A stretch of 18,451 bases of DNA. It comes from Chthoniobacteraceae bacterium. Lineage in GTDB: Bacteria > Verrucomicrobiota > Verrucomicrobiia > Chthoniobacterales > Chthoniobacteraceae. Made by a program: the position numbers and the translations under genes. Every line of letters begins with the position of its first letter. The first letter of the stretch is position 1. Below are positions 1 through 7,554 of the stretch, piece by piece. The stretch covers positions 1-18,451 of the forward strand of contig JANNWY010000065.1 of NCBI GenBank assembly GCA_031409335.1, read 5' to 3'. Under the pieces are notes generated by a model that saw only the letters and a program-made list of their open reading frames with translations, was not told the DNA's origin and made no database searches.

Positions 1-168
1 TGTCTTTCACGTTCGGTTCGCGGGTTGGTTCCATTTTTTTGCTTCATGGATTTGAGAAGCTAAACACATCTCCCAAAAAGTACATTTCTAGTAATTATAA
101 ACCGGCGCCGCTGTTTTCATGCACCTCTTTTAATCACACCCGCTCCAATGCCCTGTCGAAAATCCCGG

Positions 169-198
169 ATGACAAGCCGCCCGCGTTTCGCGTAACGT
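169..198 (+). promoter_or_regulatory. Putative sigma70-like promoter for the first operon
   Basis: ATGACA (169-174), 18 nt spacer, TAACGT (193-198), then 8 nt to ATG 207. No SD sequence is visible. Confidence 0.4.
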
Positions 199-206
199 CC
201 GCATAT

Positions 207-1040
207 ATGTTCCGTACACGCACGCTCACCGGTGGGCTCGCCATGTTGTGTCTCTCTTGCATCGCGTTTGGCCAGGAGGCCTCCACGCAAGTCACCGCCG
301 CGACGCCGCTCTCCGCGTCTGAAATCGCGGGCGCGGCCAAGACCGATTCGCTTTCGATCCCGACGCCGGGTGAGCTGCTCTCGGCGCTGAACAAGCTGGG
401 TAAGATGGATTGGTCGTCGAAATTTCGCGCGCCGATCGCGACCAGCGAGCCGAGCCGGCTGAAGATGGCGTTGAATCTCGGCGGTCTCATCGCGGACGGA
501 TACATCGCGGTGGAGGCGGAGGACGCGCAGCAGGTGAAAAATCTCGGCAAAGACATCCTCGCGCTCGGCAAGAGCCTCGGCGTGAGCAAGGAAATCCTCG
601 ATCGCGGCAAGAGCCTCACGGAATTCGCCGATACCAAACAGTGGGACGTGCTGAAGGAAGAACTCGAAGCGACGCAGAACGAGGTGAAGGACGCGATGGA
701 GGTCAACAAGGACGGCGATCTCGTGCATCTCGTGACGCTCGGCGGCTGGCTCCGCGGCACCGAGGTGCTCAGCGGCTGGATCGGCGAGCATTACACCGAG
801 GCCGGGGCGAAACTATTGCGACAGCCGGGAATCGTCGCCTTTCTCGTCGGGAAACTGGACGCGCTTCCGGAGAAATCGAAGGCCGATAACAGCGTGAAAA
901 AAGTGCAGGCGAAACTGAAGGAAATCGAGGCGGCGGTTTCTTTCCCGATCGATGCCGCGCCGACTCAGGATGCCATCAAAAATCTCAACAAACTCATCAC
1001 GGAACTGATGAAAGATCTCGCCCGCAAAGAATCCAAATGA
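207..1040 (+). CDS. Secreted, predicted all-helical hypothetical protein (~277 aa)
   Basis: ORF 39..1040 has an AT-rich 5' part that does not look coding. ATG at 207 gives MFRTRTLTGGLAMLCLSCIAFG|QE, a signal-peptide-like N-terminus. The rest has strong GC3 bias and amphipathic helices (ALNLGGLIADGYIA, GGWLRG). The stop overlaps the next start (ATGA). Confidence 0.85.
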   Translation: MFRTRTLTGGLAMLCLSCIAFGQEASTQVTAATPLSASEIAGAAKTDSLSIPTPGELLSALNKLGKMDWSSKFRAPIATSEPSRLKMALNLGGLIADGYIAVEAEDAQQVKNLGKDILALGKSLGVSKEILDRGKSLTEFADTKQWDVLKEELEATQNEVKDAMEVNKDGDLVHLVTLGGWLRGTEVLSGWIGEHYTEAGAKLLRQPGIVAFLVGKLDALPEKSKADNSVKKVQAKLKEIEAAVSFPIDAAPTQDAIKNLNKLITELMKDLARKESK

Positions 1041-1474
1041 AGCGCCCACTCTTTACCCTGCTGCTCACCACCGCGCTGGCATTTTCGCCCGCGTTTGCCG
1101 CCGAGGAATCGGACGACGAAGTCAACGCGCGCAAGGTCGCGATGGACCTCGCGGGGGCTTTCTCGAATGACGGCTTCAAGCTCCGCGACGGCCACTGGAT
1201 GGGCTCGTTCGGGCCCGGCAAGACGGCTGTCATTCAGGTGAATCTTTTCGCGGGAAATGAATACTGGTTTTCGCTCGGCGCGACGGACAAGGCGAAGAAG
1301 GTCGCTGTTTCCGTTTTCGACGAAACCGGCAAGCCGGTGGCTTACGAACCGTATCTCGATGGGGCATCCGCGGCCGCGGGATTTTCCCCGCCGGTGAGCG
1401 GACCGTATCTCATCAAAGTCGAAATCTCCGAGGGCGCGCCTTCGTCCTACTGCCTCCTTTACTCCTACAAATAA
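1037..1474 (+). CDS. Secreted protein with a probable PPC-like beta-sandwich domain (145 aa)
   Basis: Signal peptide MKRPLFTLLLTTALAFSPAFA|AE. The beta-strand pattern LFAGNEYWF..VSVFDETGKPV..SGPYLIKV resembles pre-peptidase C-terminal-like domains. ATGA overlap with the upstream gene. Confidence 0.8.
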   Translation: MKRPLFTLLLTTALAFSPAFAAEESDDEVNARKVAMDLAGAFSNDGFKLRDGHWMGSFGPGKTAVIQVNLFAGNEYWFSLGATDKAKKVAVSVFDETGKPVAYEPYLDGASAAAGFSPPVSGPYLIKVEISEGAPSSYCLLYSYK

Positions 1475-1477
1475 CGG

Positions 1478-1945
1478 ATGCCAGCCGAAGCCAAGACGAC
1501 CGAAAAACTCGGCAGCCCGCGCGTCACGCAATTCTCCGTTTTTCTCACGAATAAAGTCGGCGCGCTGCTCCACGTCGTGCGCCTGCTGAATGAGCACCAT
1601 GTCGATGTGCTCGCGGTGAATGTGCAGGATTCCGCCGATACGGCGATCGTCCGCATCGTCGTCAGCGATCCCGAGACCGTGCAGACGCTTTTTCTCGAAA
1701 GCGCGGTCGCATTTTCCGTCTGCGAGCTGGTCGTGGTGGAATTGCGCGAAGGCGCCCACGAACTTGGCCGACTGCTCGCCGCGCTGCTCGCGGCGGAGTG
1801 CAATATCTTCGGCACCTCGGCGCTGCTCAATCGTCCGCGCGGACGCACCGCGCTCGCGCTCCACGTCGAGGACAACGAATGCGCGATTTCCGTGCTCCAG
1901 TCCCAGCAGTTCACGATTCTCGGCCAATCGGACATTTCGCGCTGA
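1478..1945 (+). CDS. Tandem ACT-domain protein (COG4747-like, 155 aa)
   Basis: QFSVFLTNKVGALLHVVRLLNEHHVDVLAVNVQDSADTAIVRIVVSDP is a typical ACT repeat. A second repeat starts at LVVVELREGAHELGRLLAAL. Starts 3 nt after the previous stop. Confidence 0.85.
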   Translation: MPAEAKTTEKLGSPRVTQFSVFLTNKVGALLHVVRLLNEHHVDVLAVNVQDSADTAIVRIVVSDPETVQTLFLESAVAFSVCELVVVELREGAHELGRLLAALLAAECNIFGTSALLNRPRGRTALALHVEDNECAISVLQSQQFTILGQSDISR

Positions 1946-1971
1946 GCGGAATCCGGGATTAAAATCCGCCG

Positions 1972-2655
1972 ATGATCGCCGGCCCGGACCTCGTCGTCAC
2001 CTGCCCGCACTGCCAGGCGCTGGGGAAAGTTTTCACCATCGAATCCGCCGACATGCGCGGCGCGGTGACGTGGTCCGACGGCTGGCAGGATGCGCCGATG
2101 ACGCCGCGCCCGCCGCGCATCACCCGCTGCCCGGCGTGCGCGAAGCTTTTCTGGACGTGGGAAGCCGAGCAACTCGGCTACGCGCCACCGCCCGAAATCG
2201 CGACCCCCGAGCAGGCCGCATGGCAGGACGCGCCGTATCTCGAACCGCTCGACGAACCCGGTGTCGCCGAGGCCATCACCGCGGGGCTCGCGCCGACGCC
2301 GGATCTGGAAATGGAGCTGCGCGTCCTCCGCTGGTGGCGTGGCAATGATCCGTTCCGCTTCGACAACGCGCCGGTCGGCCACGTCACCGCGCCCGATGCC
2401 ATCGCGAATATCGAGCGCATCATCGAAATGATGACGAGCGGCGAGGAAGACCTGCTGCTCTTTCGCGCCGAGGCGCAGCGCGAGCTTGGGCTTTTTGAAG
2501 ACGCGACCCGCACGCTCGATGGGGTGTGTTGCAGCGATTGGTGGCCCGCAAAAAGCCGGATGCTCGAACTCATCGCCTCCGGCAGCCGCAAGCTCGACAT
2601 CCTGTTCAGCCCGCTGGAAATCCCCGAGGAATCAGGGGAAACCGGGCAGCCGTAG
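1972..2655 (+). CDS. Hypothetical protein with two CxxC pairs (probable Zn-ribbon) and a helical C-terminus (227 aa)
   Basis: CPHC and CPAC flank a TWSDG motif. The C-terminal helical segment LFRAEAQRELGLFEDATRTL is TPR-like. Host-like codon bias. Confidence 0.8.
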   Translation: MIAGPDLVVTCPHCQALGKVFTIESADMRGAVTWSDGWQDAPMTPRPPRITRCPACAKLFWTWEAEQLGYAPPPEIATPEQAAWQDAPYLEPLDEPGVAEAITAGLAPTPDLEMELRVLRWWRGNDPFRFDNAPVGHVTAPDAIANIERIIEMMTSGEEDLLLFRAEAQRELGLFEDATRTLDGVCCSDWWPAKSRMLELIASGSRKLDILFSPLEIPEESGETGQP

Positions 2656-2709
2656 GAGAAAAGCGGTGGAGGCCCAGCGCGTGCATGGATTATGCTTTCC
2701 ATAATTTCC

Positions 2710-2934
2710 ATGACTCTAAACGCCGCTACCGAATCAAGCACGCTGGCCAGCGCGACTCCCCGAAAGTCTCTTACCGATTCACTCGTCGCCGGGCTTGCCA
2801 CCGAGTTCCCCGGCAGCAGTCCGTGCGAAATTCGGATCGCCGTTTTGCAAGCCGAGTCGGATCTCTGGCCTAAAAAGGACACCTACATCGTGATGGATCA
2901 CGCCCGCGATCTCCTGCGGCGCGGACCGGCATAG
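2710..2934 (+). CDS. Small hypothetical protein (~74 aa; alternative start 2692)
   Basis: Fills the gap between larger genes, follows an AT-rich stretch, and has a plausible helical sequence. No family recognised. Confidence 0.5.
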   Translation: MTLNAATESSTLASATPRKSLTDSLVAGLATEFPGSSPCEIRIAVLQAESDLWPKKDTYIVMDHARDLLRRGPA

Positions 2935-2942
2935 GCAAACCC

Positions 2943-2960
2943 GCGGCAAATCGCCGCTAC
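2943..2960 (-). repeat. REP-like short palindrome
   Basis: The minus strand reads GTA-GCGGC-GATTT-GCCGC, a GTAG tetranucleotide overlapping a 5-bp stem. It is intergenic. Confidence 0.35.
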
Positions 2961-3018
2961 GGATTCGTGCGATGTTGGGTGTTGATTGTTCGACTTTCGA
3001 CGCGCCCAACTATCGCCC

Positions 3019-6000
3019 ATGCCTCCGCTCCTCCCTGCCGTTCTCAGCACATTCGCACTTCTCGCATTCGCGACTCTTCCCAGCCACGCCGCTGACCGGC
3101 CAAAGCTCACTGCCGAAAAATGGTCCGCCGACATCAACGTTCCCGATCCGGTCGCGTGTGCGGTTGATGATCAAGGCCGCGTTCTCGTCACCTCCACCAC
3201 GCGCCGGAAAGTCGGCGATCTCGATATTCGCGAATGGTCTGGCTGGATTCCCGATGATCAGTCGTTCACTTCGGTCGCCGAAAAGGTCGCGTTTTTCCGC
3301 GCCGCGCTCGCGCCGGGGAAAAAGCCGCCGGGTCCGCTGACCGACGCGAATCGTGACGGCTCGATCGACTGGCTCGATCTGACCGTGCCGACCGAGCGAA
3401 TTTACCAGATCACCGATTCCAATGCCGACGGAAAAGCGGACCAGATCACCACTTTCGCCGAAAACTTTCAGACCGAAGTGACCGGCATCGCCGCCGGCGT
3501 GCTCGCGTTCAACGGCAGCGTTTATTCCACCATCGCGCCCGACCTGTGGCGGCTCGTGGATAAAGACGGTGACGGAAAAAGCGATGAGCGCGAAAGCATT
3601 GCGCACGGTTTCGGTGTCCACATCGCGTATGCCGGGCACGATATGCACGGGCTGCGCGTCGGGCCGGATGGCCGCATCTACTGGAGCATCGGCGACAAAG
3701 GCGTGAACGTGACCTCGCGCGAAGGCCGCAAATTCTTTTACCCGAATGAAGGCTGCGTGCTGCGCTGCGAGCCGGATGGATCGAACTTCGAGGTCTTCGC
3801 GCACGGGCTCCGCAATGTGCAGGAGGTCGATTTCAACGAACTCGGCGACCTCTTCGGCGTGGACAACGACGCCGACAAACCCGGCGAAAAAGAGCGCCTC
3901 GTTTTCATCGCCGAGCAGAGCGATTCCGGCTGGCGCTGCGGGCTGCAATACATGAGCGGCGCGTGGAATCCGTGGACGAGCGAAGGCCGCTGGCAGCCGT
4001 CGCATCCCGCGCAACCGCTCTTCATCACGCCGCCGCTGGCAAGTTCGCACGACGGCCCGTCAGGCTTCGTTTTCAATCCCGGCACCGCGCTGGCACCCGC
4101 TTGGCGAGGCTGGTTTTTCCTGAATCAATTCCCGTCTGGAAAAATGAACGCGCTCCGGCTCGAACCCGCCGGTGCCGCGTGGAAACTCGCCGAGGACGTG
4201 CCGATTTCGAGCGGCATCATGGGCGTCGGGATGAGCTGGGGGCCGGAGGGGAAATTGTATTTCGTGGATTGGGCGGGAGGTTATCCGCTGAAACAAAAGG
4301 GCGCGGTCTGGACGCTCGACGCATCCGACGCCGACCGCGATCCGCTCCGCGCCGAAGTACGGACGCGGCTGCGCGAAGGTTTCACCACACTCGCTCCCGA
4401 CGCGCTCCGCGCCTTGCTCGGCCACGCGGACGTGCGGCTGCGAAAAGGCGGGCAGTTTGAGCTGGTGAAACGCGGTGCGTGGGATGCCCTGCTCGCGACC
4501 GCGCAGGATGTGAAATCCCCGCAACTAGCGCGGCTGCACGCCGTTTGGGGACTTGGGCAGGGTTTGCGATTGGGAAAATGGAACGCGCCGGATGCGCTCG
4601 CGGTGCTCTGCCGCGATGCCGATTCGGAAGTGCGCGCGCAGACCGCGAAGATCCTCGGCGAAAGTCCGGCGAACGCGGCAGTTGTTTCGCTGATCGGCGA
4701 TGAAAATCCACGCGTGCGTTTTCACGCCGTGCTCGCGAGTGCGCGACTGAAATTACCCGATGCCACCGCGCCATTGCTCAAAGCCGCGCGCGAACACGGC
4801 GATGGCGATCCATGGCTGCGCCACGCGCTCGTGACCGGCCTCGCCGCGTGCGCGAAATCCGAGACCCTCGCCGCCGCCGCTCGCGATCCCGATCGCGCGG
4901 TGCGTCTCGCCTGCCTGCTCGCACTTGCCCGCAATCGCGATGCTGCGATCACTGAATTCCTCGCCGATCCCGACCCGCGCCTCGCTGCCGAAGCCGCCAC
5001 CGCCATCCACGACGATCTCAGCATTTCCGGCGCACTCCCGCGTCTCGCCGAATGGCTCGCGACCGCCCCGGAATCCAGCACCGAAGGCGCTCTCCGCCGC
5101 GCGGTGAACGGCAACTTCCGCCTCGGAACACCCGAAGCTGCCGCCCGCGTCATCACCTTCGCCCTCGGCAAAACCGGCCCGGAATCCACGCGCGCCGAAG
5201 CTCTCTCGCTGCTCGCGCTCTGGCTTGATCCGCCAAAACTCGACCGCGTCGATGGACGCTTCCGCGCCCGCTCGCCGCAGGAGCGGCAAATCACCTCACT
5301 GCAACCCCACGTCGATGCCCTGCTCGCTTTGGAATCTCTCACCCTCCGCACGCTCGCCATCGAGCTGCTGGTGAAGCACAAACTCAAAGTTCCCGCCGAA
5401 AGAGCCACGCTCCTCGTCACCGACGCGAAGGTCCCCACCAACATCCGCCTCGAAGCGCTGCGCCTCCTCGCCGCGCAGGATGCCGCGTCGCCGCAACTCG
5501 CCAGCGTCCTCGAAAACTGGCTCACCGCCGCGCCCGGCCGCGAGCCCGCCCTGCTCCGCAACGAAGCCCTGCGCATCATCGCAAAACGCGACGCCCCGCG
5601 CGCCCTCGCTGCCGCGCGCACTTTCCTCGCCAGCCGCGAAATCGCCGAGCAGCAAACGGCGTGGGCCGTGCTCGGCGCGATGCAATCGCCGGAAGCCGCC
5701 GCACTGATTGCCGACGCGATCGGAAAAGCCGCGCTGCCTGCCGCGCAACTCGATCTGCTCGAAGCCGCCGCCGCCCGCGCGCCGCAATCGCCAGCCATCG
5801 CCGCAGCGTTGGAGCACTTTGAAAAAGACCGCGCCACGCAAACCGACGCGCTTGCCACTTTCACCGAGTGCTTCGAAGGCGGCGACGCCCAGCTCGGTCG
5901 CGTGATTGCGTTGGAAAATGTGTCCGCAAATTGCGTCGCCTGTCACCGCTTCGAGGGCGCGGCGGGCAGCGAAGTCGGCCCCAAGATGGACGGCATCGCC

Positions 6001-6306
6001 TCGCGCGGCGACCGCCGCTTTCTGCTCGAATCATTGATCGCGCCCGGCGCGAAAGTCGCCGAAGGATTCGGCATCGTTTCCATCACGCGAAAAAACGGTG
6101 ACGCCATCGCGGGAACGCTACTGGCCGATAAAGACGCCAACATCCGACTGCGCCTGCCCGATGGCAGCGAGGTCGCCATCGCGAAAGCGGACATCGCCGC
6201 GCAAACTCCGCCGATTTCCATGATGCCGCCGATGGGCGTGATCCTGAGCAAGCGACAGATTCGCGACGTGGTTGCCTATCTCGCCACTTTGAAGGCGAAA
6301 AAATAG
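3019..6306 (+). CDS. PVC-type membrane-bound/periplasmic dehydrogenase-like protein: glucose/sorbosone-dehydrogenase-type beta-propeller + HEAT repeats + C-terminal c-type cytochrome (~1095 aa)
   Basis: Signal peptide from ATG 3019. Propeller motifs HDMHGLRVGPDGRIYWSIGD, GCVLRCEPDGSNFEVFAHGLRN and DND. HEAT repeats (DADSEVRAQTAKILG, DENPRVRFHAVLA). Heme motif CVACH (5932-5946), then VGPKMDGI, LLESLIAP and SMMPP (axial Met). Confidence 0.92.
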   Translation: MPPLLPAVLSTFALLAFATLPSHAADRPKLTAEKWSADINVPDPVACAVDDQGRVLVTSTTRRKVGDLDIREWSGWIPDDQSFTSVAEKVAFFRAALAPGKKPPGPLTDANRDGSIDWLDLTVPTERIYQITDSNADGKADQITTFAENFQTEVTGIAAGVLAFNGSVYSTIAPDLWRLVDKDGDGKSDERESIAHGFGVHIAYAGHDMHGLRVGPDGRIYWSIGDKGVNVTSREGRKFFYPNEGCVLRCEPDGSNFEVFAHGLRNVQEVDFNELGDLFGVDNDADKPGEKERLVFIAEQSDSGWRCGLQYMSGAWNPWTSEGRWQPSHPAQPLFITPPLASSHDGPSGFVFNPGTALAPAWRGWFFLNQFPSGKMNALRLEPAGAAWKLAEDVPISSGIMGVGMSWGPEGKLYFVDWAGGYPLKQKGAVWTLDASDADRDPLRAEVRTRLREGFTTLAPDALRALLGHADVRLRKGGQFELVKRGAWDALLATAQDVKSPQLARLHAVWGLGQGLRLGKWNAPDALAVLCRDADSEVRAQTAKILGESPANAAVVSLIGDENPRVRFHAVLASARLKLPDATAPLLKAAREHGDGDPWLRHALVTGLAACAKSETLAAAARDPDRAVRLACLLALARNRDAAITEFLADPDPRLAAEAATAIHDDLSISGALPRLAEWLATAPESSTEGALRRAVNGNFRLGTPEAAARVITFALGKTGPESTRAEALSLLALWLDPPKLDRVDGRFRARSPQERQITSLQPHVDALLALESLTLRTLAIELLVKHKLKVPAERATLLVTDAKVPTNIRLEALRLLAAQDAASPQLASVLENWLTAAPGREPALLRNEALRIIAKRDAPRALAAARTFLASREIAEQQTAWAVLGAMQSPEAAALIADAIGKAALPAAQLDLLEAAAARAPQSPAIAAALEHFEKDRATQTDALATFTECFEGGDAQLGRVIALENVSANCVACHRFEGAAGSEVGPKMDGIASRGDRRFLLESLIAPGAKVAEGFGIVSITRKNGDAIAGTLLADKDANIRLRLPDGSEVAIAKADIAAQTPPISMMPPMGVILSKRQIRDVVAYLATLKAKK

Positions 6307-6316
6307 CGCGCCGACA

Positions 6317-7177
6317 TTACTTCTTCGCGCCGTAGCCGCGGACAAAGCCGATGCACGCCGCGGCATCGACGACGTTGTTGTCCCAGTTGTATTCGTATTC
6401 GACCGAGATCGGCCCCTCGAAACCCTGCGCCTTGTATTCGTCGAGCACCGCCTTCACTCCGCTGACACCTTTTCCCCAATGCACATCGTGCCCGCTCGGC
6501 AGCGGCGCGTGCAGGTCTTTCATATGGCTGCTGACGACGCGGCCCTTCAAAATTTTCACGCAATCCACCGGCACGAGCCCACTGCGCACCCAGTGCCCGA
6601 TGTCCGCGCACGCGCCGATACGCGCGTCACGATCCTTCACGATGGAGAGCACGTAATTCGGATCCCACAGCTTGTAGTTTGGGTCGTCCGGGCGCTTCGG
6701 GTGATCGTGAAAGCCGACCATGATGTCGTATTCCTTCACGAGCTTTTCAAAGGTGTCGATCGCATCGACCGACTCCGTGTTGATGACGCGAATGCCGAAA
6801 AATTTCGCGAACTCAAATACCTTGCGTGACGTCGCTTCGTCCTTCGACAGGCCGACGACGCCATACGCGACCGGCGTGATGCCCGCCGTCCCGAGCTTGG
6901 CCTTCACCTTTTCCCACACCTCGGGCGTCGCATCGTGGCTGAATTTCACATCCGGCTCTTCTTTGGAAAGTTTCTGGCCGGGGAAAAACTCGATCACTTT
7001 CGCCCCGCTCGCCGCCGTTTTCTCGATGGCTTCGATGATGCTGAAGCGATTGAACGTGTAAGCCTGGCAGCCAACCGCGAATCCGCCGACTTTCAGCTCG
7101 TCGGGGAAAGGTGCGGCCTGGAGCGACGAGATGGAGAACAGCGCCGCTAGAGCGATGCTGGGGAAGAGGTGTTTCAT
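6317..7177 (-). CDS. Secreted sugar phosphate isomerase/epimerase (xylose-isomerase-like TIM barrel, PF01261-type; 286 aa)
   Basis: Start at MKHLFPSIALAALFSISSLQA (signal peptide). Motifs QAYTF, HDHP, DIGHW, HMKD, WGKG and SVEYE. The 116-codon upstream extension in the ORF track crosses intergenic repeats. Confidence 0.9.
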   Translation of the reverse strand: MKHLFPSIALAALFSISSLQAAPFPDELKVGGFAVGCQAYTFNRFSIIEAIEKTAASGAKVIEFFPGQKLSKEEPDVKFSHDATPEVWEKVKAKLGTAGITPVAYGVVGLSKDEATSRKVFEFAKFFGIRVINTESVDAIDTFEKLVKEYDIMVGFHDHPKRPDDPNYKLWDPNYVLSIVKDRDARIGACADIGHWVRSGLVPVDCVKILKGRVVSSHMKDLHAPLPSGHDVHWGKGVSGVKAVLDEYKAQGFEGPISVEYEYNWDNNVVDAAACIGFVRGYGAKK

Positions 7178-7213
7178 GCAAGCATTGGTGGAAAATGGGA
7201 CGGCACAAGTCAA
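7178..7213 (-). promoter_or_regulatory. Putative promoter of the TIM-barrel gene
   Basis: TTGACT (7213-7208) ends 30 nt before the ATG, with a weak -10 (CACCAAT). No SD sequence. Confidence 0.4.
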
Positions 7214-7306
7214 GCGCGGTGCTTGAGAGCCCGCGCCCCGGGTGTGAATAAAACAAGGTCCAACCGCCGCCGCGTTCGCAGGCCGGGAAGGGACCGCGAC
7301 GCGATC

Positions 7307-7351
7307 GTAGCGCGGGCGTCCCGCCTGCCGTATCGCGAGCGTCCCGCTTGC
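7307..7351 (+). repeat. Tandem pair of 22-nt GTAG-type REP-like hairpins
   Basis: GTAGCGCGGGCGTCCCGCCTGC (7307-7328) and GTATCGCGAGCGTCCCGCTTGC (7330-7351) are 19/22 identical. Each forms a 7-bp stem with a TCC loop. Confidence 0.75.
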
Positions 7352-7500
7352 CTCAGGCCAAGCCACCGCGCGGTATTCCTCCGCCGTTGCCGCCGGATCG
7401 TCAGTGATTCTCGCGGAGCGAACGGGCGCGTCCGGCACTCTTTGCGGCATGCGCAACGGTGCTCGCGGGTGACGTAGTTCGCCGATCCGGTGTTTTCCCG

Positions 7501-7529
7501 TTGCCAGCGAGGCAGTTCTGAACAAGATT
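7501..7529 (+). promoter_or_regulatory. Putative promoter of hppA
   Basis: TTGCCA (7501-7506), 16-17 nt spacer, then CAAGAT/AAGATT about 25 nt before ATG 7555. Confidence 0.35.
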
Positions 7530-7554
7530 CGCCCCCTTTTCGCCTTACGGATTG

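Noticed and set aside
1..47. Possible start of a divergent minus-strand gene (ATG at 34 or 47, both frames open to the edge)
   Set aside because: Only 11-15 codons are visible, so neither frame can be supported.
39..206. N-terminal extension of the first ORF from TTG 39
   Set aside because: AT-rich, promoter-like sequence. The signal peptide begins at ATG 207.
7468..7483. GGTGACGTAGTTCGCC resembles the 5' stem-loop of a fluoride (crcB) riboswitch upstream of a pyrophosphatase
   Set aside because: The loop deviates from the consensus, and the downstream GCTRATGAC pseudoknot partner is absent.
7178..7525. 116-codon N-terminal extension of the TIM-barrel ORF
   Set aside because: It runs through REP-like repeats and promoter motifs. 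The signal peptide starts at ATG 7177.
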